NCBI RefSeq assembly: GCF_009914755.1
Contig: NC_060936.1
Source of the DNA: the human T2T-CHM13v2.0 reference genome, Homo sapiens
Length of the DNA stretch: 64,000 nt
Direction: 5' to 3' (one strand)
Under the pieces are notes generated by a model that did no database searches, had not been told where the DNA came from, and saw only the letters and a list, made by a program, of their open reading frames with translations. A program made the position numbers and the translations under genes. Positions 38,101 to 52,900 of the stretch are shown here, piece after piece. Each line of letters begins with the position of its first letter. Position 1 is the first letter of the stretch.

Positions 38101-41100
38101 CAAACTACTCTATGAAAAGAAAGCTTAAACTCCTTGAGTTGAACGCACACAGCACAAAGTAGTTTCTGAGAATGATTCTGTCTTGTTTTTATATGAAGAT
38201 ATTTCCGTTTCTATGATTGGCCTCCAAGCGATTGAAATCTCCAACTGGAAACTGCACAAATAGGGAGTTTCAAATCTGCTCTGTCTAAAGGAAGGTTCAA
38301 CTCTGTGAGTTGAATACACTCACGACAAATAACTTACTGAGAATTCTTCTGTCGAACATTACATGAAGAGATCCCGTTTCCAACGACGTCCTCAAAGAGG
38401 TCCAAATATCCACTTGCAGACATTACAAACAGAGTGTTTCCAAACTGCTCCATCAAAAGAAAGGCTAAACTCTGTGAGCTGAACGCACACATCAAAAGGA
38501 AGTTTCTGTGAATGATTCTGTCTAGACTTTAGAAGAAGATGTTTCCTTTTCTACCGTAGGCCTCAAAGCGCTTGAAATCTCCAGCTGCAAATTCCACAAA
38601 AAGGGTGTTTAACATCTGCTCTTCTAAAGGAAAGTTCAACTCCATGAGTTGAATACACACAGCACAAAGAAGTTACTGAGACTTCTCCTATCAAACATTA
38701 TATGAAGAAATCCCGTTTCCAACGAAGGCCTCAAAGAGGTCCAAATATCCACTTGCAGACGTGACAAACAGAGTGTTTCCAAACTGCTCCATCAAAAGAA
38801 AGGTTAAACTCTGTGAGTCGAACACACACATCACAAAGTAGTTTCTGTGAATGATTCTGTCTAGTTTTTATACGAAGATGTTTCCTTTTCTACCTTTGGT
38901 CTCAAAGCCATTGAAATCTCCACATGGAAACTCCACAAAAAGAGTGTTTCAAATCTGCTCTTTCTGAAGGAAGGTTCAACTCTGTGAGTTGAATACACAC
39001 ACCACAAATAAGTTACTGAGAATTCTTCTGTGTAACATTATAGGAGGAAATCCCGTTTCCAACGAAGGCCTCAAAGAGGTCCAAATATCCACTTGCAGAC
39101 TTTACAAAGACAGTGTCTCCAAACTCCTCCATCAAAAGAAAGCTTATCCTCTGTGAATTGAACGCACACATCACAAAGTAGTTTCTGAGAATGATTCTGT
39201 CTAGTTTTTATACGAAGATATTTCCTTTTCTACATTTGGCCTAAAAGCGCTTGAAATCTCCACCTGCAAATATCACAAAAAGAGGGTTTCACATCTGCTC
39301 TGTCTAAAGGACAGTTCACCTCTGTGACTTGAATAGAGGCAGCACAAAGAAGTTACTGAGTATTCTTCTTTCTAGCGTTACATGAAGAAATCCCGTTTCC
39401 AACGAAGGCCTCAAAGAGGCCCAAATATCTGCTTGCAGACTTTACAGACAGAGTGTTTCCAAACTACTCTATGAAAAGAAAGCTTAAACTCCTTGAGTTG
39501 AACGCACACATCACAAAGTAGTTTCTGAGAATGATTCTGTCTTGTTTTTATATGAAGATATTTCCGTTTCTATGATTGGCCTCCAAGCGATTGAAATCTC
39601 CAACTGGAAACTGCACAAATAGGGTGTTTCAAATCTGCTCTGTCTAAAGGAAGGTTCAACTCTGTGAGTTGAATACACACACCACAAATAACTTACTGAG
39701 AATTCTTCTGTCGAACATTACATGAAGAGATCCCGTTTCCAACGACGGCCTCAAAGAGGTCCAAATATCCACTTGCAGACATTACAAACAGAGTGTTTCC
39801 AAACTGCTCCATCAAAAGAAAGGTTAAACTCTGTGAGCTGAACACACACATCAAAAAGAAGTTTCTGTGAATGATTCTGTCTATTCTTCAGAAGAAGATG
39901 TTTCCTTTTCTACCGTAGGCCTCAAAGCGCTTGAAATCTCCAGCTGCAAATTCCACAAAAAGGGTCTTTAACCTCTGCTCTTCTAAAGGAAAGTTCAACT
40001 CCATGAGTTGAATACACACAGCACAAAGAAGTTACTGAGACTTCTCCTATCAAACATTATATGAAGAAATCCCGTTTCCAACGAAGGCCTCAAAGAGGTC
40101 CAAATATCCACTTGCAGACGTGACAAACAGAGTGTTTCCAAACTGCTCCATCAAAAGAAAGGTTAAACTCTGTGAGTTGAACACACACATCACAAAGTAG
40201 TTTCTGTGAATGATTCTGTCTAGTTTTTATACGAAGATGTTTCCTTTTCTACCTTTGGTCTCAAAGCCATTGAAATCTCCACATGGAAACTCCACAAAAA
40301 GAGTGTTTCAAATCTGCTCTTTCTGAAGGAAGGTTCAACTCTGTGAGTTGAATACACACACCACAAATAAGTTACTGAGAATTCTTCTGTGTAACATTAT
40401 AGGAGGAAATCCCGTTTCCAACGAAGGCCTCAAAAAGGTCCAAATATCCACTTGCAGACTTTACAAAGACAGTGTCTCCAAATTCCTCCATCCAAAGAAA
40501 GCTTATCCTTTGTGAATTGAACGCACACATCACAAAGTAGTTTCTGAGAATGATTCTGTCTAGTTTTTATACGAAGATATTTCCTTTTCTACATTTGGCC
40601 TAAAAGCGCTTGAAATCTCCACCTGCAAATATCACAAAAAGAGGGTTTCACATCTGCTCTGTCTAAAGGACAGTTCACCTCTGTGAGTTGAATAGAGGCA
40701 GCACAAAGAAGTTACTGAGTATTCTTCTTTCTAGCGTTACATGAAGAAATCCCGTTTCCAACGAAGGCCTCAAAGAGGTCCAAATATCTGCTTGCAGACT
40801 TTACAGACAGAGTGTTTCCAAACTACTCTATGAAAAGAAAGCTTAAACTCCTTGAGTTGAACGCACACATCACAAAGTAGTTTCTGAGAATGATTCTGTC
40901 TTGTTTTTATACGAAGATATTTCCGTTTATATGATTGGCCTCCAAGCGATTGAAATCTCCAACTGGAAACTGCACAAATAGGGTGTTTCAAATCTGCTCT
41001 GTCTAAAGGAAGGTTCAACTCTGTGAGTTGAATACACACACCACAAATAACTTACTGAGAATTCTTCTGTCGAACATTACATGAAGAGATCCCGTTTCCA

Positions 41101-44100
41101 ATGAAGGCCTCAAAGAGGTCCAAATATCCACTTGCATACATTACAAAGAGAGTGTTTCCAAACTGCTCCATCAAAAGAAAGGTTAAACTCTGTGAGCTGA
41201 ACACACACATCAAAAAGAAGTTTCTCTGAATGATTCTGTCTAGATTTTAGAAGAAGATGTTTCCTTTTCTACCGTAGGCCTCAGAGCGCTTGAAATCTCC
41301 AGCTGCAAATTCCACAAAAAGGGTGTTTAACATCTGCTCCTCTAAAGGAAAGTTCAACTCTATGAGTTGAATACACACAGCACAAAGAAGTTACTGAGAC
41401 TTCTCCTATCAAACATTATATGAAGAAATCCCGTTTCCAATGAAGGCCTCAAAGAGGTCCAAATATCCACTTGCAGACGTGACAAACAGAGTTTTTCCAA
41501 ACTGCTCCATCAAAAGAAAGGTTAAACTCTGTGAGTTGAACACACACATCACAAAGTAGTTTCTGTGAATGATTCTGTCTAGTTTTTATACGAAGATGTT
41601 TCCTTTTCTACCTTTGGTCTCAAAGCCATTGAAATCTCCCCATGGAAACTCCACAAAAAGAGTGTTTCAAATCTGCTTTTTCTGAAGGAAGGTTCAACTC
41701 TGTGAGTTGAATACACACACCACAAATAAGTTACTGAGAATTCTTCTGTGTAACATTATAGGAGGAAATCCCGTTTCCAATGAAGGCCTCAAAGAGGTCC
41801 AAATATCCCCTTGCAGACATTACAAACAGAGTGTTTCCAAACTGCTCCATCAAAAGAAAGGTTAAACTCTGTGAGCTGAACACACACATCAAAAAGAAGT
41901 TTCTGTGAATGATTCTGTCTAGACTTTAGAAGAAGATGTTTCCTTTTCTACCGTAGGCCTCAAAGCGCTTGAAATCTCCAGCTGCAAATTCCACAAAAAG
42001 GGTGTTTAACATCTGCTCTTCTAAAGGAAAGTTCAACTCCATGAGTTGAATACACACAGCCCAAAGAAGTTACTGAGACTTCTCCTATCAAACATTATAT
42101 GAAGAAATCCCGTTTCCAACGAAGGCCTCAAAGAGGTCCAAATATCCACTTGCAGACGTGACAAACAGAGTGTTTCCAAACTGCTCCATCAAAAGAAAGG
42201 TTAAACTCTGTGAGTTGAACACACACATCACAAAGTAGTTTCTGTGAATGATTCTGTCTAGTTTTTATACGAAGATATTTCCTTTTCTACCTTTGGTCTC
42301 AAAGCCATTGAAATCTCCACAGGGAAACTCCACAAAAAGAGTGTTTCAAATCTGCTCTTTCTGAAGGAAGGTTCAACTCTGTGAGTTGAATACACACACA
42401 ACAAATAAGTTACTGAGAATTCTTCTGTGTAACATTATAGGAGGAAATCCCGTTTCCAACGAAGGCCTCAAAGAGGTCCAAATATCCACTTGCAGACTTT
42501 ACAAAGACAGTGTCTCCAAACTCCTCCATCAAAAGAAAGCTTATCCTCTGTGAATTGAACGCACACATCACAAAGTAGTTTCTGAGAATGATTCTGTCTA
42601 GTTTTTATACGAAGATATTTCCTTTTCTACATTTGGCCTAAAAGCGCTTGAAATCTCCACCTGCAAATATCACAAAAAGAGGGTTTCACATCTGCTCTGT
42701 CTAAAGGACAGTTCACCTCTGTGAGTTGAATAGAGGCAGCACAAAGAAGTTACTGAGTATTCTTCTTTCTAGCGTTACATGAAGAAATCCCGTTTCCAAC
42801 GAAGGCCTCAAAGAGGCCCAAATACCTGCTTGCAGACTTTACAGACAGAGTGTTTCCAAACTACTCTATGAAAAGAAAGCTTAAACTCCTTGAGTTGAAC
42901 GCACACATCACAAAGTAGTTTCTGAGAATGATTCTGTCTTGTTTTTATACGAAGATATTTCCGTTTCTATGATTGGCCTCCAAGCGATTGAAATCTCCAA
43001 CTGGAAACTGCACAAATAGGGTGTTTCAAATCTGCTCTGTCTAAAGGAAGGTTCAATTCTGTGAGTTGAATACACACACCACAAATAACTTACTGAGAAT
43101 TCTTCTGTCCAACATTGCAGGAAGAGATCCCGTTTCCAACGAAGGCCTCAAAGAGGTCCAAATATCCACTTGCAGACATTACAAACAGAGTGTTTCCAAA
43201 CTGCCCCATCAAAAGAAAGGTTAAACTCTGTGAGCTGAACACACACATCAAAAAGAAGTTTCTGTGAATGCTTCTGTCTAGACTTTAGAAGAAGATGTTT
43301 CCTTTTCTACCGTAGGCCTCAAAGCGCTTGAAATCTCCAGCTGCAAATTCCACAAAAAGGGTGTTTAACATCTGCTCTTCTAAAGGAAAGTTCAACTCCA
43401 TGAGTTGAATACACACAGCCCAAAGAAGTTACTGAGACTTCTCCTATCAAACATTATATGAAGAAATCCCGTTTCCAACGAAGGCCTCAAAGAGGTCCAA
43501 ATATCCACTTGCAGACGTGACAAACAGAGTGTTTCCAAACTGCTCCATCTAAAGAAAGGTTAAACTCTGTGAGTCGAACACACACATCACAAAGTAGTTT
43601 CTGTGAATGATTCTGTCTAGTTTTTATACGAAGATGTTTCCTTTTCTACCTTTGGTCTCAAAGCCATTGAAATCTCCACATGGAAACTCCACAAAAAGAG
43701 TGTTTCAAATCTGCTCTTTCTGAAGGAAGGTTCAACTCTGTGAGTTGAATACACACACCACAAATAAGTTACTGAGAATTCTTCTGTGTAACATTATAGG
43801 AGGAAATCCCGTTTCCAACGAAGGCCTCAAAGAGGTCCAAATATCCACTTGCAGACTTTACAAAGACAGTGTCTCCAAACTCCTCCATCAAAAGAAAGCT
43901 TATCCTCTGTGAATTGAACGCACACATCACAAAGTAGTTTCTGAGAATGATTCTGTCTAGTTTTTATACGAAGATATTTCCTTTTCTACATTTGGCCTAA
44001 AAGCGCTTGAAATCTCCACCTGCAAATATCACAAAAAGAGGGTTTCACATCTGCTCTGTCTAAAGGACAGTTCACCTCTGTGAGGTGAATAGAGGCAGCA

Positions 44101-47100
44101 CAAAGAAGTTACTGAGTATTCTTCTTTCTAGCGTTACATGAGGAAATCCCGTTTCCAACGAAGGCCTCAAAGAGGTCCAAATATCTGCTTGCAGACTTTA
44201 CAGACAGAGTGTTTCCAAACTACTCTATGAAAAGAAAGCTTAAACTCCTTGAGTTGAACGCACACAGCACAAAGTAGTTTCTGAGAATGATTCTGTCTTG
44301 TTTTTATATGAAGATATTTCCGTTTCTATGATTGGCCTCCAAGCGATTGAAATCTCCAACTGGAAACTGCACAAATAGGGAGTTTCAAATCTGCTCTGTC
44401 TAAAGGAAGGTTCAACTCTGTGAGTTGAATACACTCACGACAAATAACTTACTGAGAATTCTTCTGTCGAACATTACATGAAGAGATCCCGTTTCCAACG
44501 ACGTCCTCAAAGAGGTCCAAATATCCACTTGCAGACATTACAAACAGAGTGTTTCCAAACTGCTCCATCAAAAGAAAGGCTAAACTCTGTGAGCTGAACG
44601 CACACATCAAAAGGAAGTTTCTGTGAATGATTCTGTCTAGACTTTAGAAGAAGATGTTTCCTTTTCTACCGTAGGCCTCAAAGCGCTTGAAATCTCCAGC
44701 TGCAAATTCCACAAAAAGGGTGTTTAACATCTGCTCTTCTAAAGGAAAGTTCAACTCCATGAGTTGAATACACACAGCACAAAGAAGTTACTGAGACTTC
44801 TCCTATCAAACATTATATGAAGAAATCCCGTTTCCAACGAAGGCCTCAAAGAGGTCCAAATATCCACTTGCAGACGTGACAAACAGAGTGTTTCCAAACT
44901 GCTCCATCAAAAGAAAGGTTAAACTCTGTGAGTCGAACACACACATCACAAAGTAGTTTCTGTGAATGATTCTGTCTAGTTTTTATACGAAGATGTTTCC
45001 TTTTCTACCTTTGGTCTCAAAGCCATTGAAATCTCCACATGGAAACTCCACAAAAAGAGTGTTTCAAATCTGCTCTTTCTGAAGGAAGGTTCAACTCTGT
45101 GAGTTGAATACACACACCACAAATAAGTTACTGAGAATTCTTCTGTGTAACATTATAGGAGGAAATCCCGTTTCCAACGAAGGCCTCAAAGAGGTCCAAA
45201 TATCCACTTGCAGACTTTACAAAGACAGTGTCTCCAAACTCCTCCATCAAAAGAAAGCTTATCCTCTGTGAATTGAACGCACACATCACAAAGTAGTTTC
45301 TGAGAATGATTCTGTCTAGTTTTTATACGAAGATATTTCCTTTTCTACATTTGGCCTAAAAGCGCTTGAAATCTCCACCTGCAAATATCACAAAAAGAGG
45401 GTTTCACATCTGCTCTGTCTAAAGGACAGTTCACCTCTGTGACTTGAATAGAGGCAGCACAAAGAAGTTACTGAGTATTCTTCTTTCTAGCGTTACATGA
45501 AGAAATCCCGTTTCCAACGAAGGCCTCAAAGAGGCCCAAATATCTGCTTGCAGACTTTACAGACAGAGTGTTTCCAAACTACTCTATGAAAAGAAAGCTT
45601 AAACTCCTTGAGTTGAACGCACACATCACAAAGTAGTTTCTGAGAATGATTCTGTCTTGTTTTTATATGAAGATATTTCCGTTTCTATGATTGGCCTCCA
45701 AGCGATTGAAATCTCCAACTGGAAACTGCACAAATAGGGTGTTTCAAATCTGCTCTGTCTAAAGGAAGGTTCAACTCTGTGAGTTGAATACACACACCAC
45801 AAATAACTTACTGAGAATTCTTCTGTCGAACATTACATGAAGAGATCCCGTTTCCAACGACGGCCTCAAAGAGGTCCAAATATCCACTTGCAGACATTAC
45901 AAACAGAGTGTTTCCAAACTGCTCCATCAAAAGAAAGGTTAAACTCTGTGAGCTGAACACACACATCAAAAAGAAGTTTCTGTGAATGATTCTGTCTATT
46001 CTTCAGAAGAAGATGTTTCCTTTTCTACCGTAGGCCTCAAAGCGCTTGAAATCTCCAGCTGCAAATTCCACAAAAAGGGTCTTTAACCTCTGCTCTTCTA
46101 AAGGAAAGTTCAACTCCATGAGTTGAATACACACAGCACAAAGAAGTTACTGAGACTTCTCCTATCAAACATTATATGAAGAAATCCCGTTTCCAACGAA
46201 GGCCTCAAAGAGGTCCAAATATCCACTTGCAGACGTGACAAACAGAGTGTTTCCAAACTGCTCCATCAAAAGAAAGGTTAAACTCTGTGAGTTGAACACA
46301 CACATCACAAAGTAGTTTCTGTGAATGATTCTGTCTAGTTTTTATACGAAGATGTTTCCTTTTCTACCTTTGGTCTCAAAGCCATTGAAATCTCCACATG
46401 GAAACTCCACAAAAAGAGTGTTTCAAATCTGCTCTTTCTGAAGGAAGGTTCAACTCTGTGAGTTGAATACACACACCACAAATAAGTTACTGAGAATTCT
46501 TCTGTGTAACATTATAGGAGGAAATCCCGTTTCCAACGAAGGCCTCAAAAAGGTCCAAATATCCACTTGCAGACTTTACAAAGACAGTGTCTCCAAATTC
46601 CTCCATCCAAAGAAAGCTTATCCTTTGTGAATTGAACGCACACATCACAAAGTAGTTTCTGAGAATGATTCTGTCTAGTTTTTATACGAAGATATTTCCT
46701 TTTCTACATTTGGCCTAAAAGCGCTTGAAATCTCCACCTGCAAATATCACAAAAAGAGGGTTTCACATCTGCTCTGTCTAAAGGACAGTTCACCTCTGTG
46801 AGTTGAATAGAGGCAGCACAAAGAAGTTACTGAGTATTCTTCTTTCTAGCGTTACATGAAGAAATCCCGTTTCCAACGAAGGCCTCAAAGAGGTCCAAAT
46901 ATCTGCTTGCAGACTTTACAGACAGAGTGTTTCCAAACTACTCTATGAAAAGAAAGCTTAAACTCCTTGAGTTGAACGCACACATCACAAAGTAGTTTCT
47001 GAGAATGATTCTGTCTTGTTTTTATACGAAGATATTTCCGTTTATATGATTGGCCTCCAAGCGATTGAAATCTCCAACTGGAAACTGCACAAATAGGGTG

Positions 47101-47398
47101 TTTCAAATCTGCTCTGTCTAAAGGAAGGTTCAACTCTGTGAGTTGAATACACACACCACAAATAACTTACTGAGAATTCTTCTGTCGAACATTACATGAA
47201 GAGATCCCGTTTCCAATGAAGGCCTCAAAGAGGTCCAAATATCCACTTGCATACATTACAAAGAGAGTGTTTCCAAACTGCTCCATCAAAAGAAAGGTTA
47301 AACTCTGTGAGCTGAACACACACATCAAAAAGAAGTTTCTCTGAATGATTCTGTCTAGATTTTAGAAGAAGATGTTTCCTTTTCTACCGTAGGCCTCA
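35112..47398. repeat. Tandem duplication of a 6,115-bp (36-monomer; one 12-mer + three 8-mers) block
   Basis: ORF pairs 38125/44240 and 40770/46885 are offset by 6115. Private alleles are shared (tatccccttgc, cacaggga, ccaacattgcagg, gtgaggtgaat, cactcacgac, cgacgtcctc). Bounded by mismatches at 35111/41226 and 41284/47399. Confidence 0.95.
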
Positions 47399-49934
47399 AA
47401 GCGCTTGAAATCTCCAGCTGCAAATTCCACAAAAAGGGTGTTTAACATCTGCTCCTCTAAAGGAAAGTTCAACTCTATGAGTCGAATACACACAGCACAA
47501 AGAAGTTACTGAGACTTCTCCTATCAAACATTCTATGAAGAAATCCCGTTTCCAACGAAGGCCTCAAAGAGGTCCAAATATCCACTTGCAGACATTACAA
47601 ACAGAGTGTTTCCAAACTGCTCCATCAAAAGAAAGGTTAAACTCTGTGAGTCGAACACACACATCACAAAGTAGTTTCTGTGAATGATTCTGTCTAGTTT
47701 TTATACGAAGATGTTTCCTTTTCTACCTTTGGTCTCAAAGCCATTGAAATCTCCACATGGAAACTCCACAAAAAGAGTGTTTCAAATCTGCTCTTTCTGA
47801 AGGAAGGTTCAACTCTGTGAGTTGAATACACACACCACAAATAAGTTACTGAGAATTCTTCTGTGTAACATTATAGGAGGAAATCCCGTTTCCAACGAAG
47901 GCCTCAAAGAGGTCCAAATATCCACTTGCAGACTTTACAAAGACAGTGTCTCCAAACTCCTCCATCAAAAGAAAGCTTATCCTCTGTGAATTGAACGCAC
48001 ACATCACAAAGTAGTTTCTGAGAATGATTCTGTCTAGTTTTTATACGAAGATATTTCCTTTTCTACATTTGGCCTAAAAGCGCTTGAAATCTCCACCTGC
48101 AAATATCACAAAAAGAGGGTTTCACATCTGCTCTGTCTAAAGGACAGTTCACCTCTGTGACTTGAATAGAGGCAGCACAAAGAAGTTACTGAGTATTCTT
48201 CTTTCTAGCGTTACATGAAGAAATCCCGTTTCCAACGAAGGCCTCAAAGAGGCCCAAATATCTGCTTGCAGACTTTACAGACAGAGTGTTTCCAAACTAC
48301 TCTATGAAAAGAAAGCTTAAACTCCTTGAGTTGAACGCACACATCACAAAGTAGTTTCTGAGAATGATTCTGTCTTGTTTTTATATGAAGATATTTCCGT
48401 TTCTATGATTGGCCTCCAAGCGATTGAAATCTCCAACTGGAAACTGCACAAATAGGGTGTTTCAAATCTGCTCTGTCTAAAGGAAGGTTCAACTCTGTGA
48501 GTTGAATACACACACCACAAATAACTTACTGAGAATTCTTCTGTCGAACATTACATGAAGAGATCCCGTTTCCAACGACGGCCTCAAAGAGGTCCAAATA
48601 TCCACTTGCAGACATTACAAACAGAGTGTTTCCAAACTGCTCCATCAAAAGAAAGGTTAAACTCTGTGAGCTGAACACACACATCAAAAAGAAGTTTCTG
48701 TGAATGATTCTGTCTATTCTTCAGAAGAAGATGTTTCCTTTTCTACCGTAGGCCTCAAAGCGCTTGAAATCTCCAGCTGCAAATTCCACAAAAAGGGTCT
48801 TTAACCTCTGCTCTTCTAAAGGAAAGTTCAACTCCATGAGTTGAATACACACAGCACAAAGAAGTTACTGAGACTTCTCCTATCAAACATTATATGAAGA
48901 AATCCCGTTTCCAACGAAGGCCTCAAAGAGGTCCAAATATCCACTTGCAGACGTGACAAACAGAGTGTTTCCAAACTGCTCCATCAAAAGAAAGGTTAAA
49001 CTCTGTGAGTTGAACACACACATCACAAAGTAGTTTCTGTGAATGATTCTGTCTAGTTTTTATACGAAGATGTTTCCTTTTCTACCTTTGGTCTCAAAGC
49101 CATTGAAATCTCCACATGGAAACTCCACAAAAAGAGTGTTTCAAATCTGCTCTTTCTGAAGGAAGGTTCAACTCTGTGAGTTGAATACACACACCACAAA
49201 TAAGTTACTGAGAATTCTTCTGTGTAACATTATAGGAGGAAATCCCGTTTCCAACGAAGGCCTCAAAAAGGTCCAAATATCCACTTGCAGACTTTACAAA
49301 GACAGTGTCTCCAAATTCCTCCATCCAAAGAAAGCTTATCCTTTGTGAATTGAACGCACACATCACAAAGTAGTTTCTGAGAATGATTCTGTCTAGTTTT
49401 TATACGAAGATATTTCCTTTTCTACATTTGGCCTAAAAGCGCTTGAAATCTCCACCTGCAAATATCACAAAAAGAGGGTTTCACATCTGCTCTGTCTAAA
49501 GGACAGTTCACCTCTGTGAGTTGAATAGAGGCAGCACAAAGAAGTTACTGAGTATTCTTCTTTCTAGCGTTACATGAAGAAATCCCGTTTCCAACGAAGG
49601 CCTCAAAGAGGTCCAAATATCTGCTTGCAGACTTTACAGACAGAGTGTTTCCAAACTACTCTATGAAAAGAAAGCTTAAACTCCTTGAGTTGAACGCACA
49701 CATCACAAAGTAGTTTCTGAGAATGATTCTGTCTTGTTTTTATACGAAGATATTTCCGTTTATATGATTGGCCTCCAAGCGATTGAAATCTCCAACTGGA
49801 AACTGCACAAATAGGGTGTTTCAAATCTGCTCTGTCTAAAGGAAGGTTCAACTCTGTGAGTTGAATACACACACCACAAATAACTTACTGAGAATTCTTC
49901 TGTCGAACATTACATGAAGAGATCCCGTTTCCAA
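44879..49934. repeat. Direct repeat of a ~2.34-kb segment at 2,718-bp (16-monomer) offset; a third copy lies at 38764-41101
   Basis: ORF pair 46885/49603. Shared markers gacttgaatagagg, tctattcttcagaag, gggtctttaacctc, caaaaaggtcc, aattcctccatccaaag, gtttatatgatt. Bounded by mismatches at 44878/47596 and 47217/49935. Confidence 0.9.
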
Positions 49935-52900
49935 CGACGGCCTCAAAGAGGCCCAAATATCCACTTGCATACATTACAAAGAGAGTGTTTCCAAACTGCT
50001 CCATCAAAAGAAAGGTTAAACTCTGTGAGCTGAACACACACATCAAAAAGAAGTTTCTGTGAATGATTCTGTCTATTCTTTAGAAGAAGATGTTTCCTTC
50101 TCTACCGTAGGCCTCAAAGCGCTTGAAATCTCCAGCTGCAAATTCCACAAAAAGGGTGTTTAACATCTGCTCTTCTAAAGGAAAGTTCAACTCCATGAGT
50201 TGAATACACACAGCACGAAGAAGTTACTGAGACTTCTCCTATCAAACATTATAGGAAGAAATCCCGTTTCCAACGAAGGCCTCAACGAGGTCCAAATATC
50301 CACTTGCAGATGTGACAAACAGAGTGTTTCCAAACTGCTCCATCAAAAGAAAGGTTAAACTCTGTGAGTTGAACACACACATCACAAAGTAGTTTCTGTG
50401 AATGATTCTGTCTAGTTTTTATACGAAGATGTTTCCTTTTCTACCTTTGGTCTCAAAGCCATTGAAATCTCCACATGGAAACTCCACAAAAAGAATGTTT
50501 CAAATCTGCTCTTTCTGAAGGAAGGTTCAACTCTGTGAGTTGAATACACACACCACAAATAAGTTACTGAGAATTCTTCTGTGTAACATTATAGGAGGAA
50601 ATCCCGTTTCCAACGAAGGCCTCAAAGAGGTCCAAATATCCACTTGCAGACTTTACAAAGACAGTGTCTCCAAACTCCTCCATCAAAAGAAACTTATCCT
50701 CTGTGAATTGAACGCACACATCACAAAGTAGTTTCTGAGAATGATTCTGTCTAGTTTTTATACGAAGATATTTCCTTTTCTACATTTGGCCTAAAAGCGC
50801 TTGAAATCTCCACCTGCAAATATCACAAAAAGAGGGTTTCACATCTGCTCTGTATAAAGCACATTTCACCTCTGTGAGTTGAATAGAGGCAGCACAAAGA
50901 AGTTACTGAGTATTCTTCTTTCTAGCTTTACATGAAGAAATCCCGTTTCCAATGAAGGCCTCAAAGAGGTCCAAATATCTGCTTGCAGACTTTACAGAAA
51001 GAGTGTTTCCAAACTACTCTATGAAAAGAAAGCTTAAACTCCTTGAGTTGAATGCACACATCACAAAGTAGTTTCTGAGAATGATTCTGTCTTGTTTTTA
51101 TATGAAGATATTTCCGTTTCTATGATTGGCCTCCAAGCGATTGAAATCTCCAACTGGAAACTGCACAAATAGGGTGTTTCAAATCTGCTCTGTCTAAAGG
51201 AAGGTTCAAATCTGTGAGTTGAATACACACACCACAAATAACTTACTGAGAATTCTTCTGTCGAACATTACATGAAGAGATCCCGTTTCCAACGACGGCC
51301 TCAAAGAGGTCCAAATATCCACTTGCAGACATTACAAACAGAGTGTTTCCAAACTGCTCCATCAAAAGAAAGGTTAAACTCTGTGAGCTGAACACACACA
51401 TCAAAAAGAAGTTTCTGTGAATGATTCTGTCTATTCTTCAGAAGAAGATGTTTCCTTTTCTACCGTAGGCCTCAAAGCGCTTGAAATCTCCAGCTGCAAA
51501 TTCCACAAAAAGGGTCTTTAACCTCTGCTCTTCTAAAGGAAAGTTCAACTCTATGAGTTGAATACACACAGCACAAAGAAGTTACTGAGACTTCTCCTAT
51601 CAAACATTATATGAAGAAATCCCGTTTCCAACGAAGGCCTCAAAGAGGTCCAAATATCCACTTGCAGACGTAACAAACAGAGTGTTTCCAAACTGCTCCA
51701 TCAAAAGAAAGGTTAAACTCTGTGAGTCGAACACACACATCACAAAGTAGTTTCTGTGAATGATTCTGTCTAGTTTTTATACGAAGATGTTTCCTTTTCT
51801 ACCTTTGGTCTCAAAGCCATTGAAATCTCCACATGGAAACTCCAGAAAAAGAGTGTTTCAAATCTGCTCTTTCTGAAGGAAGGTTCAACTCTGTGAGTTG
51901 AATACACACACCACAAATAAGTTACTGAGAATTCTTCTGTGTAACATTATAGGAGGAAATCCCGTTTCCAACGAAGGCCTCAAAGAGGTCCAAATATCCA
52001 CTTGCAGACTTTACAAAGACAGTGTCTCCAAACTCCTCCATCAAAAGAAAGCTTATCCTCTGTGAATTGAACGCACACATCACAAAGTAGTTTCTGAGAA
52101 TGATTCTGTCTAGTTTTTATACGAAGATATTTCCTTTTCTACATTTGGCCTAAAAGCGCTTGAAATCTCCACCTGCAAATATCACAAAAAGAGGGTTTCA
52201 CATCTGCTCTGTCTAAAGGACAGTTCACCTCTGTGAGTTGAATAGAGGCAGCACAAAGAAGTTACTGAGTATTCTTCTTTCTAGCGTTACATGAAGAAAT
52301 CCCGTTTCCAACGAAGGCCTCAAAGAGGTCCAAATATCTGCTTGCAGACTTTACAGACAGAGTGTTTCCAAACTACTCTATGAAAAGAAAGCTTAAACTC
52401 CTTGAGTTGAACGCACACATCACTATGTAGTTTCTGAGAATGATTCTGTCTGGTTTTTATACGAAGATATTTCCGTTTCTATGATTGGCCTCCAAGCGAT
52501 TGAAATCTCCAACTGGAAACTGCACAAATAGGGTGTTTCAAATCTTCTCTGTCTAAAGGAAGGTTCAACTCTGTGAGTTGAATACACACACCACAATAAC
52601 TTACTGAGAATTCTTCTGTCGAACATTACATGAAGAGATCCCGTTTCCAACGAAGGCCTCAAAGAGGTCCAAATATCCACTTGCAGACATTACAAAGAGA
52701 GTGTTTCCAAACTGCTCCATCAAAAGAAAGGTTAAACTCTGTGAGCTGAACACACACATCAAAAAGAAGTTTCTGTGAATGATTCTGTCTAGATTTTAGA
52801 AGAAGATGTTTCCTTTTCTACCGTAGGCCTCAGAGCGCTTGAAATCTCCAGCTGCAAATTCCACAAAAAGGGTGTTTAACATCTGCTCCTCTAAAGGAAA

